Origin: Patescibacteria group bacterium
GTDB taxonomy: Bacteria; Patescibacteriota; Patescibacteriia; JAACEG01; JAGUWE01
DNA: 26,583 bases
Direction: 5' to 3'
Assembly (NCBI GenBank): GCA_020062525.1
Contig: JAGUWE010000121.1
Location: 1-26,583, forward strand
Made by a program: the position numbers and the translations under genes. The number at the start of each line of letters is the position of its first letter. The stretch's first letter is position 1. Shown one piece after another: positions 1 to 7,286 of the stretch. Under the pieces are notes generated by a model. The model ran no database searches. It was not told where the DNA came from and saw only the letters and a list, made by a program, of their open reading frames with translations.

Positions 1-1
1 G

Positions 2-49
2 GAATCTCGTCCTCGACCAGGCGGATTTAATCGCGGCAATCGCTATTAA
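2..49 (+). CDS. 3' end of an upstream gene (partial), possibly a single-RRM RNA-binding protein tail
   Basis: Frame 2 reads ESRPRPGGFNRGNRY* (TAA 47-49), resembling the Arg/Gly-rich tail after 'EARP' in bacterial RRM proteins; followed by a terminator hairpin. Too short to be sure. Confidence 0.35.
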   Translation, partial: ESRPRPGGFNRGNRY

Positions 50-55
50 ATAGAC

Positions 56-89
56 ATTGAAAAATCCCCTTAATTGGGGATTTTTCAAT
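56..89 (+). terminator. Intrinsic terminator, possibly bidirectional
   Basis: Perfect 14-bp inverted repeat ATTGAAAAATCCCC (56-69) / GGGGATTTTTCAAT (76-89), 6-nt loop, T/A tracts on both sides, just after a stop codon. Confidence 0.8.
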
Positions 90-198
90 TATTTTTGGCA
101 GACAAGGATTTTATTTAATTTTTTAATGGAAAGAGATAGCTTCTCTAATTCGCGCGAATAATGGAATAATAAAATTTAAGAAATAATTTATTAACAAT

Positions 199-435
199 AT
201 GGAACAATTTTTAGTGGAAAATCAATGGCTTATTTTGGTGGCAATTCTATGGACTTTGCTTTGGAAGGGAGTGGCGCTGTGGAAGGCGGCAAAAAATCAT
301 CACCAAGGATGGTTTATCGCCCTTTTAGTAATCAACACCTTAGCCATTCTGGAAATTCTTTATATCTTCATCTTTAGCAAGAAAAAGCCCCAAACAAAAA
401 ATTATGGAGAGAATGGAAAACTTTCAGGAAATTGA
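199..435 (+). CDS. Small membrane protein, DUF5652-like
   Basis: Two hydrophobic helices with pattern LWKGVALWKAAK..Q.WFIALLVINTLAILEILY, as I recall for DUF5652. Confidence 0.75.
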   Translation: MEQFLVENQWLILVAILWTLLWKGVALWKAAKNHHQGWFIALLVINTLAILEILYIFIFSKKKPQTKNYGENGKLSGN

Positions 436-631
436 AAAACAGATGGTTGAAGGCGTGATCGGAGAATTGCCGGTGGGCTGGAAGGAAAAATTGCCTGCTG
501 ATATTAAGCCCGAGATGGTTGATTTGTTTTTGGGCAACGACAATCTTTGGCGCTGGCACTTAAAGCCCGAATTCATTAAAGATGAAAAAGAAAGGGAAAA
601 ATACAAGATAGAAAGAGAAAAGTGGCCCTAA
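404..631 (+). CDS. Hypothetical protein (75 aa; alternative ATG at 413)
   Basis: Protein-like composition, same strand as neighbours, fills the gap between two clear genes; no family recognised. Confidence 0.6.
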   Translation: MERMENFQEIEKQMVEGVIGELPVGWKEKLPADIKPEMVDLFLGNDNLWRWHLKPEFIKDEKEREKYKIEREKWP

Positions 632-658
632 ATATATGAAGTTTAATATTTTTAAAAT

Positions 659-1231
659 ATGAGTCAAAAAGATGATTTAAGTCAGGGGGAATTAAATTTT
701 GAAGAACAAAAAATCGCTCTCCAAATCGCCCGCCAGACCTTAGAAATTTTTTTTAGAAAAAGAAGCTACGAGCCAGAAGTCAGTGCTTATCCAACTTTTC
801 AAACCAAGCGCGGCGTCTTTGTGACTTTAAGAAAAAATGGCGAGCTGCGCGGTTGTATTGGCACTTTTGAACCAGAACAAAATTTAGCCCAGACCATTCA
901 AGCTATGGTTCTTTCAGCTGCTTTTTGGGATCCCAGATTTTTTCCTTTGCAAGAAAATGAGTTGCCTGAAATCAAAATCGAAATTTCCATTTTATCTCCA
1001 CGACAAAAAATTACTAATCCTACTTTAATCGAAGTTGGCAAACACGGCATTTATATTCAAAGAGGTCATCGCAGCGGTGTCTATCTTCCGCAAGTTGCAA
1101 TTAAGCAAGGATGGAATCGCGAAGAATTTTTAAATAGTTTATGCGAAGACAAAGCCGGCCTTGAGCGTGAGGCCTGGCGTGATGGCTCAGCCGAACTTTA
1201 TATTTTTACTGTTCAGGTTTGTGAAGAGTAA
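659..1231 (+). CDS. amrA: AmmeMemoRadiSam system protein A (AMMECR1 domain)
   Basis: GVFVTL..NGELRGCIG, A.F.DPRF.P, IEISILS, GKHGI and GVYLPQVA..QGW motifs. Confidence 0.9.
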   Translation: MSQKDDLSQGELNFEEQKIALQIARQTLEIFFRKRSYEPEVSAYPTFQTKRGVFVTLRKNGELRGCIGTFEPEQNLAQTIQAMVLSAAFWDPRFFPLQENELPEIKIEISILSPRQKITNPTLIEVGKHGIYIQRGHRSGVYLPQVAIKQGWNREEFLNSLCEDKAGLEREAWRDGSAELYIFTVQVCEE

Positions 1232-1276
1232 GTTATAAGTTGATTAAGAACAAAATATATTTTCATTTTCCCCTTC

Positions 1277-2518
1277 TTATGGTTGTTTTAAATAGGCTTC
1301 ACTGAGGCGTTCTAGGGCTAAGACATAAGCCGCTAAGCGCATATCAATTTTATTTTTTTCTTTAATTTCAAAAACGCGGTCAAAGGTCTCGGTCATAATT
1401 TTATCTAATTCTCCCATTTCTTGAGGAATATCACAGACAGATTTGCCTAAATTGTGACGCCATTCAAAATAGCTAACGGTGACGCCGCCGGCATTGGCTA
1501 AAATATCCGGCATGACTAAAATTCCCCGTTCAAACAGGATTTTATCAGCTTCAGGCGAAGTCGGACCATTAGCTAATTCTAAAATTATTTTAACTTTAAT
1601 ATTTGGGGCATTGGCGGCGGTGATTTGATTTTCTAAAGCTGCTGGAATTAGAACATCTACTTTTAATTTAAAGAATTCATCATTAGAGATAAGTTTTACA
1701 TCAGGATAACCAACTAAACTTTTATTTTTTTCTTTGTAGGCAATTAAATCAGTTAAATTGTAATTTTCTGGCAATAAATAAGCACTGGCAGAATCAGCCA
1801 GAGCAATAATTTTAAAATCATCTTCCTTGAGGAATTTAGTTATATTTTTACCAGCATTACCAAATCCTTGGATAGCAACAGTTGTTTGGTGAGGAATAAG
1901 ACCCAATTTTCTCATTGTTTGGCGCAAAATATAAAGTCCGCCTTGGGCCGTAGCGGTTTCGCGGCAGAGGCAGCCATTGTGCAGTGGTGATTTGCCAGTG
2001 ACGACGGCCGGTTGATCTTGTCCGGTGATTTTAGTATATTCATCTCGTAGCCAATCCATAATTTGGGCATTGGTGTAAACATCGGGGGCTGGGATATCTA
2101 AATTTGGTCCAATAATTGGAGCTATGACTCGAGTATAAGCACGGGTTAATTTTTCTAATTCGGTTTGAGATAAGGCTTTCGGATTAACAATTATTCCACC
2201 TTTACCACCACCAAAAGGAATGCCGACCACGGCACATTTGACCGTCATCCAGAGAGACAAAGCTAAAATTTCGTCAAGATTAACATTAGGATGATAACGG
2301 ATACCACCCTTGTAAGGTCCGCGTAAATTATTGTGCTGGACCCGCCAGCCTTTGAAGACTTTTGTTTCACCACTATCCATTTTCACTGAAAAATTGACTT
2401 CCACAACTCGATCAGGAAATCTTAATCTTGCCAGCAACTCTTTTTTAATTTGAATATAACCGGCAGCTTTTTCTAATTCAGTCACGGCGTTATTAAAAAG
2501 ATAAAGGGTCGAAGCCAT
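1277..2518 (-). CDS. gdhA: Glu/Leu/Phe/Val dehydrogenase (glutamate dehydrogenase)
   Basis: GPYKGGIRYHP, MTVKCA, PFGGGKGG, IPAPDV, Rossmann QGFGNAG, ELANGP and PDILANAGGVTVSYFEW motifs. Confidence 0.93.
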   Translation of the reverse strand: MASTLYLFNNAVTELEKAAGYIQIKKELLARLRFPDRVVEVNFSVKMDSGETKVFKGWRVQHNNLRGPYKGGIRYHPNVNLDEILALSLWMTVKCAVVGIPFGGGKGGIIVNPKALSQTELEKLTRAYTRVIAPIIGPNLDIPAPDVYTNAQIMDWLRDEYTKITGQDQPAVVTGKSPLHNGCLCRETATAQGGLYILRQTMRKLGLIPHQTTVAIQGFGNAGKNITKFLKEDDFKIIALADSASAYLLPENYNLTDLIAYKEKNKSLVGYPDVKLISNDEFFKLKVDVLIPAALENQITAANAPNIKVKIILELANGPTSPEADKILFERGILVMPDILANAGGVTVSYFEWRHNLGKSVCDIPQEMGELDKIMTETFDRVFEIKEKNKIDMRLAAYVLALERLSEAYLKQP

Positions 2519-2573
2519 AAATTTTGGTAATGGATAGAGAGCGGTTCTCTAAAATTTAAACAGCTAAATTTTT

Positions 2574-2804
2574 CTATTCAGCCAAAAGCATTAATTTTTT
2601 AATAACTTCCTCTTTAAGTTCTTCAACAATTTCTCCATCTTTACATTTTTTTTCAACATCATCCATTGCTTGATCCGCAGTCATTTTTTCTTGATTGATT
2701 TTTTCTAAATACTCTTCATAAAGCCGATCAGCAGCCATCAGAATTTTTTCTTGCTTTTTTGGTGGTATTTCTTTCCCTGATGGGAAATTCGCCGATTCCC
2801 TCAT
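2574..2804 (-). CDS. Hypothetical small helical protein (76 aa)
   Basis: ATG start, charged helical composition, co-oriented upstream of gdhA. Confidence 0.6.
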   Translation of the reverse strand: MRESANFPSGKEIPPKKQEKILMAADRLYEEYLEKINQEKMTADQAMDDVEKKCKDGEIVEELKEEVIKKLMLLAE

Positions 2805-2954
2805 AAAAATTTAAATAAATTATTAATTATTTTATCTTTGTCATAATATTATAATATCTTTTAAAATTTAGCAAATTTTTTAAGGTTTTACAAAGGAAAG
2901 GTTATTATACCAATTAGATACGATCGTAGAAATTTGGTAGAATATTATTTTAAC

Positions 2955-2982
2955 TTGTCAAGATTTTTAGCAATGCTACAAT
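2955..2982 (+). promoter_or_regulatory. Sigma70-type promoter for thpR
   Basis: TTGTCA (2955-2960), 16-nt spacer, extended -10 TGcTACAAT (2974-2982); ATG at 3007. Confidence 0.55.
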
Positions 2983-3006
2983 TATATAAATTCGTAAATT
3001 AGCATT

Positions 3007-3564
3007 ATGAAAAGGCGACTTTTTATCGCTATCAATTTACCCGAGGAAGTTAAGCGGCAGTTGAGCCCGCTAATTTTGGCATTGGCAAAACTTAACAGGC
3101 GAGTGGTTATCAAATGGGTGAAGTCCGAACTTATTCATCTGACGTTTCATTTTTTAGGTTATTTGGATCAGATTCGGGAAGAAAAGATTTTGGAAATAAT
3201 TGCCAAAATTTCGCAGAATTATCATCAAATAAACATCAAACTTGGCGGACTCGGCGCTTTTCCGAATCTGACTTCACCGCGAGTAATATTCCTTGAGTGT
3301 CATGAGATAGATGGTAATGTTATGACTAGTCTTCAAAAAGAAATAGGCAAAGAGCTCGAACAAATCGGTTTTGAACCAGAACGACGCCGTTGGCAATCGC
3401 ATTTGACATTGGGCCGCGTTAAAGGTGGAGGCAAAGTGAATTTAGCAGTTAAAGAAATCCCCCAAGCAACCTTTGAAATTAAAAGTGTTGAATTAATGGA
3501 ATCAAGATTGAGTCAAGCAGGACCGGAATATATTGTGGTCAAATCATTTCCATTGAAACCATAA
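3007..3564 (+). CDS. thpR: RNA 2',3'-cyclic phosphodiesterase (2H phosphoesterase, LigT/ThpR)
   Basis: RLFIAI start, two HxT motifs (HLTFHFLG, HLTLGR), C-terminal ELMESRL...GPEY. Confidence 0.92.
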   Translation: MKRRLFIAINLPEEVKRQLSPLILALAKLNRRVVIKWVKSELIHLTFHFLGYLDQIREEKILEIIAKISQNYHQINIKLGGLGAFPNLTSPRVIFLECHEIDGNVMTSLQKEIGKELEQIGFEPERRRWQSHLTLGRVKGGGKVNLAVKEIPQATFEIKSVELMESRLSQAGPEYIVVKSFPLKP

Positions 3565-3579
3565 ATTGAAGTTTTTAAT

Positions 3580-3800
3580 AAAATCAAATATCAAATATAA
3601 AAAATCAAAAACACAAATAAAAAAGATAAAAAGATGTCATTGCGAGGAGTCCCGCCTCTGGCGGGACGACAAAGCAATCCCGTACTATATTGAATGGGAT
3701 CCTTCACCCGCCAGTCGGCGGGCTCAGGATGATGCCTTGCGTCATTTTTAAATTTTTAAGTTTGTATTTTTGATATTTGATTTTTAATTTTTGATATTTT
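3580..3800. repeat. Paired inverted heptamer arrays enclosing a GC-rich palindromic element
   Basis: AAAATCAAATATCAAA (3580-3595) is the exact reverse complement of 3769-3784. Arms are 7-nt units: ATCAAAT/ATCAAAA on the left, ATTTGAT/TTTTGAT on the right. Confidence 0.75.
3636..3732. repeat. REP/RPE-like palindromic element (GTCAT...ATGA class)
   Basis: Starts GTCATTGCGAG; hairpins GTCCCGCC-tct-GGCGGGAC (3649-3667), ATCCC..GGGAT (3677-3700), CCCGCC-agtc-GGCGGG (3707-3722); ends TCAGGATGA. Confidence 0.7.
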
Positions 3801-3802
3801 TT

Positions 3803-5020
3803 ATGTACATCCTCGGTGTTAAAGTTGATGATTTTACCAAAGAAGAAATTTTAGCTAAAATTGATGAGTTTCTAGTTTCTTCTGGTCAATATTATATTAT
3901 TACCCCCAACCCTGAAATAGTGTTAAAAGCCCAAAAAGACCCTGATTTTCAAGATATTCTAAATTACGCTGATTTGGCAATAGCTGATGGGGTTGGTTTA
4001 ATTTTGGCTTCTATTTTATTTTATGGTTGGAAGAAGCGAATTAAAAATCGTGTTCGCGGTATTGATTTGGTTGAGTGGCTGTGTCAGACAAAACAAAGTT
4101 CGCCAATAAAATTTTTTCTATTAGGTGGACAAGGTCAAATCGTTCAATTGGCAACTGATAAATTAAAAGAAAAATACCCGGGAATTACAATTGCTGGCGC
4201 GTTTAGTGGTCCGCAAATTAATTATCAAGGTAGACCAACCAGTGATGAGGAAGAAACCATTAACAAACAAGCAATTGAGCAGATTAATCAAGCTCAACCA
4301 CAAATTCTTTTAGTTGCTTTTGGCGCGCCCAAACAGGAAAAATGGATTTATAATTATTTAGCCCAAATTCCTTCAGCGAAAGTTGCCATTGGCGTTGGTG
4401 GGACTTTTGATTTTCTTGCCGGCAAGATTAAAAGAGCACCGAAAATTTGGCAAAATTTAGGTCTGGAATGGCTCTGGCGACTGATTCAGGAGCCAAAAAG
4501 GTTGTCAAGAATAATTAATGCTATAGTGATTTTCTCCCTTAAGGTTTTAAGTTGGAAATTGCGTCGTTATCTTTTTTATCGGCCTAATGTCTGCGCTTTA
4601 ATTTATCAAAAGAATAAAATTCTTTTAGTGGAACGAGTAGATAGTCCTGGTCATTGGCAAATGCCCCAAGGCGGACTAAGAAAAGATGAAAAACCCGAGG
4701 TTGCAATTTTGAGAGAACTTGAAGAAGAGTTAGGAACTGAGAAATTCAAAGTTAAAAAAATGATACCTAACATTCACCGCTATTTTTGGCCAAAACGAAT
4801 TTATAGCAAAAGTTTTTATCCCTATAAAGGTCAAGAACAAACCTTATGTTTAGTTGAATTTACTGGTAGTGATTCGGATATTAAACTTCATAAAAAAGAA
4901 TTTCGTGACTGGCAATGGGTTTTGCCAGATAAGTTTATACCAACCCTTCATCCATATCGCCGGGAAATTGGTCAAAAGGCCTTGGAGGAATTTAAGAATC
5001 TAAGGATTTTTAAAAAATAA
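3803..5020 (+). CDS. WecB/TagA/CpsF glycosyltransferase fused to a C-terminal RppH-like Nudix hydrolase
   Basis: N-terminal TPNPE, ADGVG, RVRGIDL, LLVAFGAPKQEKWI, GVGGTFDF, GLEWLWRL (TagA). From 4577: YRPNV, WQMPQGG, full Nudix box GGLRKDEKPEVAILRELEEELG, KGQEQ, EFRDWQWV. ATG 3803 preferred over TTG 3791. Confidence 0.88.
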   Translation: MYILGVKVDDFTKEEILAKIDEFLVSSGQYYIITPNPEIVLKAQKDPDFQDILNYADLAIADGVGLILASILFYGWKKRIKNRVRGIDLVEWLCQTKQSSPIKFFLLGGQGQIVQLATDKLKEKYPGITIAGAFSGPQINYQGRPTSDEEETINKQAIEQINQAQPQILLVAFGAPKQEKWIYNYLAQIPSAKVAIGVGGTFDFLAGKIKRAPKIWQNLGLEWLWRLIQEPKRLSRIINAIVIFSLKVLSWKLRRYLFYRPNVCALIYQKNKILLVERVDSPGHWQMPQGGLRKDEKPEVAILRELEEELGTEKFKVKKMIPNIHRYFWPKRIYSKSFYPYKGQEQTLCLVEFTGSDSDIKLHKKEFRDWQWVLPDKFIPTLHPYRREIGQKALEEFKNLRIFKK

Positions 5021-5038
5021 ATTACTTAAGCTTTATTT

Positions 5039-5689
5039 ATGCTTTTGTTTAGGCGTCATCATCAGGAAGTGAATTTAACCGTAATAAATTTTGCTCGGCT
5101 TTTATTTTTCGGGTTGTTTATTTTTGAGTTGCTTAATTATTTGCATATATTGGAATTTAATACGCAATTTACCTGGCTGGGATTGGTAATCACTTCGGCC
5201 GTTGCCTTTATACTGCTTGAAGCGATAGCTTATCATTATAAGAAGATAAAGGGGCGCCGTCTGCACTGGATTTTTTGGTTGATTATAGTCGTTGCTTTGA
5301 GTTTGGATGCTTTCGGCGACTTTTTTCATTTATATGGCGGATTTGAATGGTGGGATCAATTTGTTCATTACAGCGTCAGCGCTATTATATTTTTTACTCT
5401 TTTTAGCGTCATCAGCTTTTTTTGGGTTGATAAATTTAAATTCAGCTTGTTAATGAAAGCCGGCCGGCTTAAATTAGCGCTGTTGCTGGCCTCTGCTACA
5501 ACTATGTCTTTATCGGCGCTTTATGAAATTGAAGAATATATTGAGGATTTAATATTTCATACTAATCGTTCGGGTCCTGGAACCGATACGGCTAATGATT
5601 TACTCTTTAATTTTTTGGGAATTTTAACAACAGTAGCCTTTATTTATTTTTACTATTTAATTACTCATAAGCGAGAGGTAATTGAGTAA
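5039..5689 (+). CDS. Multi-pass membrane protein, DUF2238/YjdF/VanZ-like
   Basis: About 6 hydrophobic segments with WWDQFVH, ALYEIEEY and DTANDLLFNFLG motifs. Confidence 0.65.
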   Translation: MLLFRRHHQEVNLTVINFARLLFFGLFIFELLNYLHILEFNTQFTWLGLVITSAVAFILLEAIAYHYKKIKGRRLHWIFWLIIVVALSLDAFGDFFHLYGGFEWWDQFVHYSVSAIIFFTLFSVISFFWVDKFKFSLLMKAGRLKLALLLASATTMSLSALYEIEEYIEDLIFHTNRSGPGTDTANDLLFNFLGILTTVAFIYFYYLITHKREVIE

Positions 5690-5690
5690 A

Positions 5691-5812
5691 CCCCCACACC
5701 TAATAGCCGCTATTTTAATTTTTCTGTGGGCGATTACTCGCAAAGCCCTTGTCTTAACTTTATTGCTATAGCAATAAAGTTAAGACATTTTCACAGTTAT
5801 TAGATGTGGGGG
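5691..5812. mobile_element. MITE-like 122-bp non-coding element
   Basis: 15-bp terminal IRs CCCCCACACCTAATA (5691-5705) / TATTAGATGTGGGGG (5798-5812), one mismatch; flanked by direct TAAA (5687-5690, 5813-5816); internal 38-bp perfect palindrome 5750-5787. Confidence 0.6.
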
Positions 5813-5844
5813 TAAACCATTTTTTTATTTTGTTAATATTAAAA

Positions 5845-5871
5845 TTAGCACTCTTGACAAGCGAGTGCTAA
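5845..5871 (+). promoter_or_regulatory. CIRCE operator (HrcA binding site)
   Basis: Exact TTAGCACTC-N9-GAGTGCTAA upstream of hrcA. Confidence 0.97.
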
Positions 5872-5882
5872 TTAGTTAGAAT
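5854..5882 (+). promoter_or_regulatory. Sigma70 promoter of the hrcA-dnaK operon
   Basis: TTGACA (5854-5859, inside the CIRCE spacer), 17 nt, TAGAAT (5877-5882). Confidence 0.85.
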
Positions 5883-5907
5883 GAAATTATTGAATAACTC
5901 AACAATT

Positions 5908-5952
5908 GAGATTGCCACGTCCCCCCGCCAAGGCGGAGGGACTCGCAATGAC
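5908..5952. repeat. Right half of a REP/RPE-like element in the hrcA leader
   Basis: GAGATTGC...GC hairpin 5919-5942...CTCGCAATGAC; the last 11 nt are the exact reverse complement of 3636-3646. Confidence 0.65.
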
Positions 5953-5967
5953 AAAATGATAAATTCT

Positions 5968-6651
5968 ATGACTGAACGGCAGGAAAAAATTTTAAAAGAG
6001 ATTATCAAAAGTTACATTAAATTAGCCCAACCAATTAGTTCAGAATGTTTAATGGGTAAGTTAGGTAATAAGGTTTCATCAGCTACTGTCAGAAATGAAA
6101 TGGCTGAACTTGAGGCGGAAAATTATCTTTTTCAACCGCATGCTTCAGCTGGGAGGATTCCCGCCGAAAAGGGTTATCAGTATTATCTTGATCATTTTTT
6201 AGAAGAGAAAGATTTAAGTCAAATATTTGCTAGATACAGTAAAAGAGTAATTAGCGACAAAAAAACTAAAGAAGAAATTTGTAAAAATTTAGCTAAGGTT
6301 GTTGCTCACCTTTCAGGGGAAGCGGTGATTATTAGTTTTTCCAAAGACAATGTTTATTATACCGGCATTTTTAATTTATTTTCTCAGCCAGAATTTAGTC
6401 AATTTAATTTAATTAGAGATTTCTCTCAAATTATTGATAATTTGGACGAGTTTGTAACTCTACTTTATTCTTGTGTGGGTGATGAAGTTGAAATTTCCCT
6501 GGGGCGGGCTAATCCTTTTAGTCCTCAATTAGCTAGTATTTTGACTATGGCTCAAAATAAAACCCTTTTAGGATTAATTGGACCGATGCGGATGGATTTT
6601 GACAAAAATTTAGCCCTGATGAAAAGTTTTAAAAATTTTATTGAAGATTAA
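5968..6651 (+). CDS. hrcA: Heat-inducible transcription repressor HrcA (short form, about 227 aa)
   Basis: ERQ..IL..II..YI, SATVRNEMAELE, QPHASAGRIP..KGY, GLIGPMRM. Start moved to ATG 5968 because ATG 5881 overlaps the -10 box. Confidence 0.92.
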   Translation: MTERQEKILKEIIKSYIKLAQPISSECLMGKLGNKVSSATVRNEMAELEAENYLFQPHASAGRIPAEKGYQYYLDHFLEEKDLSQIFARYSKRVISDKKTKEEICKNLAKVVAHLSGEAVIISFSKDNVYYTGIFNLFSQPEFSQFNLIRDFSQIIDNLDEFVTLLYSCVGDEVEISLGRANPFSPQLASILTMAQNKTLLGLIGPMRMDFDKNLALMKSFKNFIED

Positions 6652-6655
6652 AAAT

Positions 6656-7273
6656 ATGGATCAACCAACTCAATTATCAAAAAATAATCAATCAGATCAA
6701 AAAAAAGAAACCAAAGAAGAAAAGAAAGAAGAAACAAAAACTGAAGCCACAACTGAGGAATTAACAAAAGTCAAGCAAGAACTTGAACTTTGGCAAAAAA
6801 AAGCCGAGGACTATCTTAATGGCTGGAAAAGAGCTAAAGCCGATTATATCAATTTTAAAAAAAATAGTGAAAAAGAAAAAGAAGAATTGATGAAATTTGC
6901 TAATGCTGCTTTGATAATTCAATTACTCCCCGTTGTTAATAATTTTAAGAGGGCCTTTGAGCAGCGGCCAAAAATTCAAGATGAAAAAATAGAAAATTAT
7001 TTCAAAGGTTTTGAACATATTTATAGGGAGTTTTCCGAATTTCTTAAAAGATTAGGCGTTGAAGAAATAAAAACAGTGGGCGAAAAATTTAATCCCCAGT
7101 TTCATGAAGCAGTTTCGAGTGAGACAACTAAAACTCAACCTGAAGAAATCAATCAAGTAGAAAAAGAAGCCAAAGAACAAATAATCGTTAAAGAAGTCAG
7201 CGCTGGTTATATGATATATGGGAAAGTGATAATGCCGGCGAAGGTGGTGATTAAATTAAAAATTAATAATTAA
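6656..7273 (+). CDS. grpE: Nucleotide exchange factor GrpE
   Basis: [37 protein letters not shown]...GKVIMPAKV; operon position; ATG 6656. Confidence 0.93.
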   Translation: MDQPTQLSKNNQSDQKKETKEEKKEETKTEATTEELTKVKQELELWQKKAEDYLNGWKRAKADYINFKKNSEKEKEELMKFANAALIIQLLPVVNNFKRAFEQRPKIQDEKIENYFKGFEHIYREFSEFLKRLGVEEIKTVGEKFNPQFHEAVSSETTKTQPEEINQVEKEAKEQIIVKEVSAGYMIYGKVIMPAKVVIKLKINN

Positions 7274-7286
7274 GATAAAAAATTTT

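Noticed and set aside
3566-3751. 61-aa ORF
   Set aside because: It is the translation of a heptamer array plus a palindromic repeat (IKSNIKYKK..., CHCEE...); not protein-like.
5881-5967. N-terminal extension of HrcA in the ORF track
   Set aside because: ATG 5881 overlaps the -10 box and the extension translates a repeat. Similar over-extensions were trimmed for tagA, grpE, corA, dnaX and GT4.
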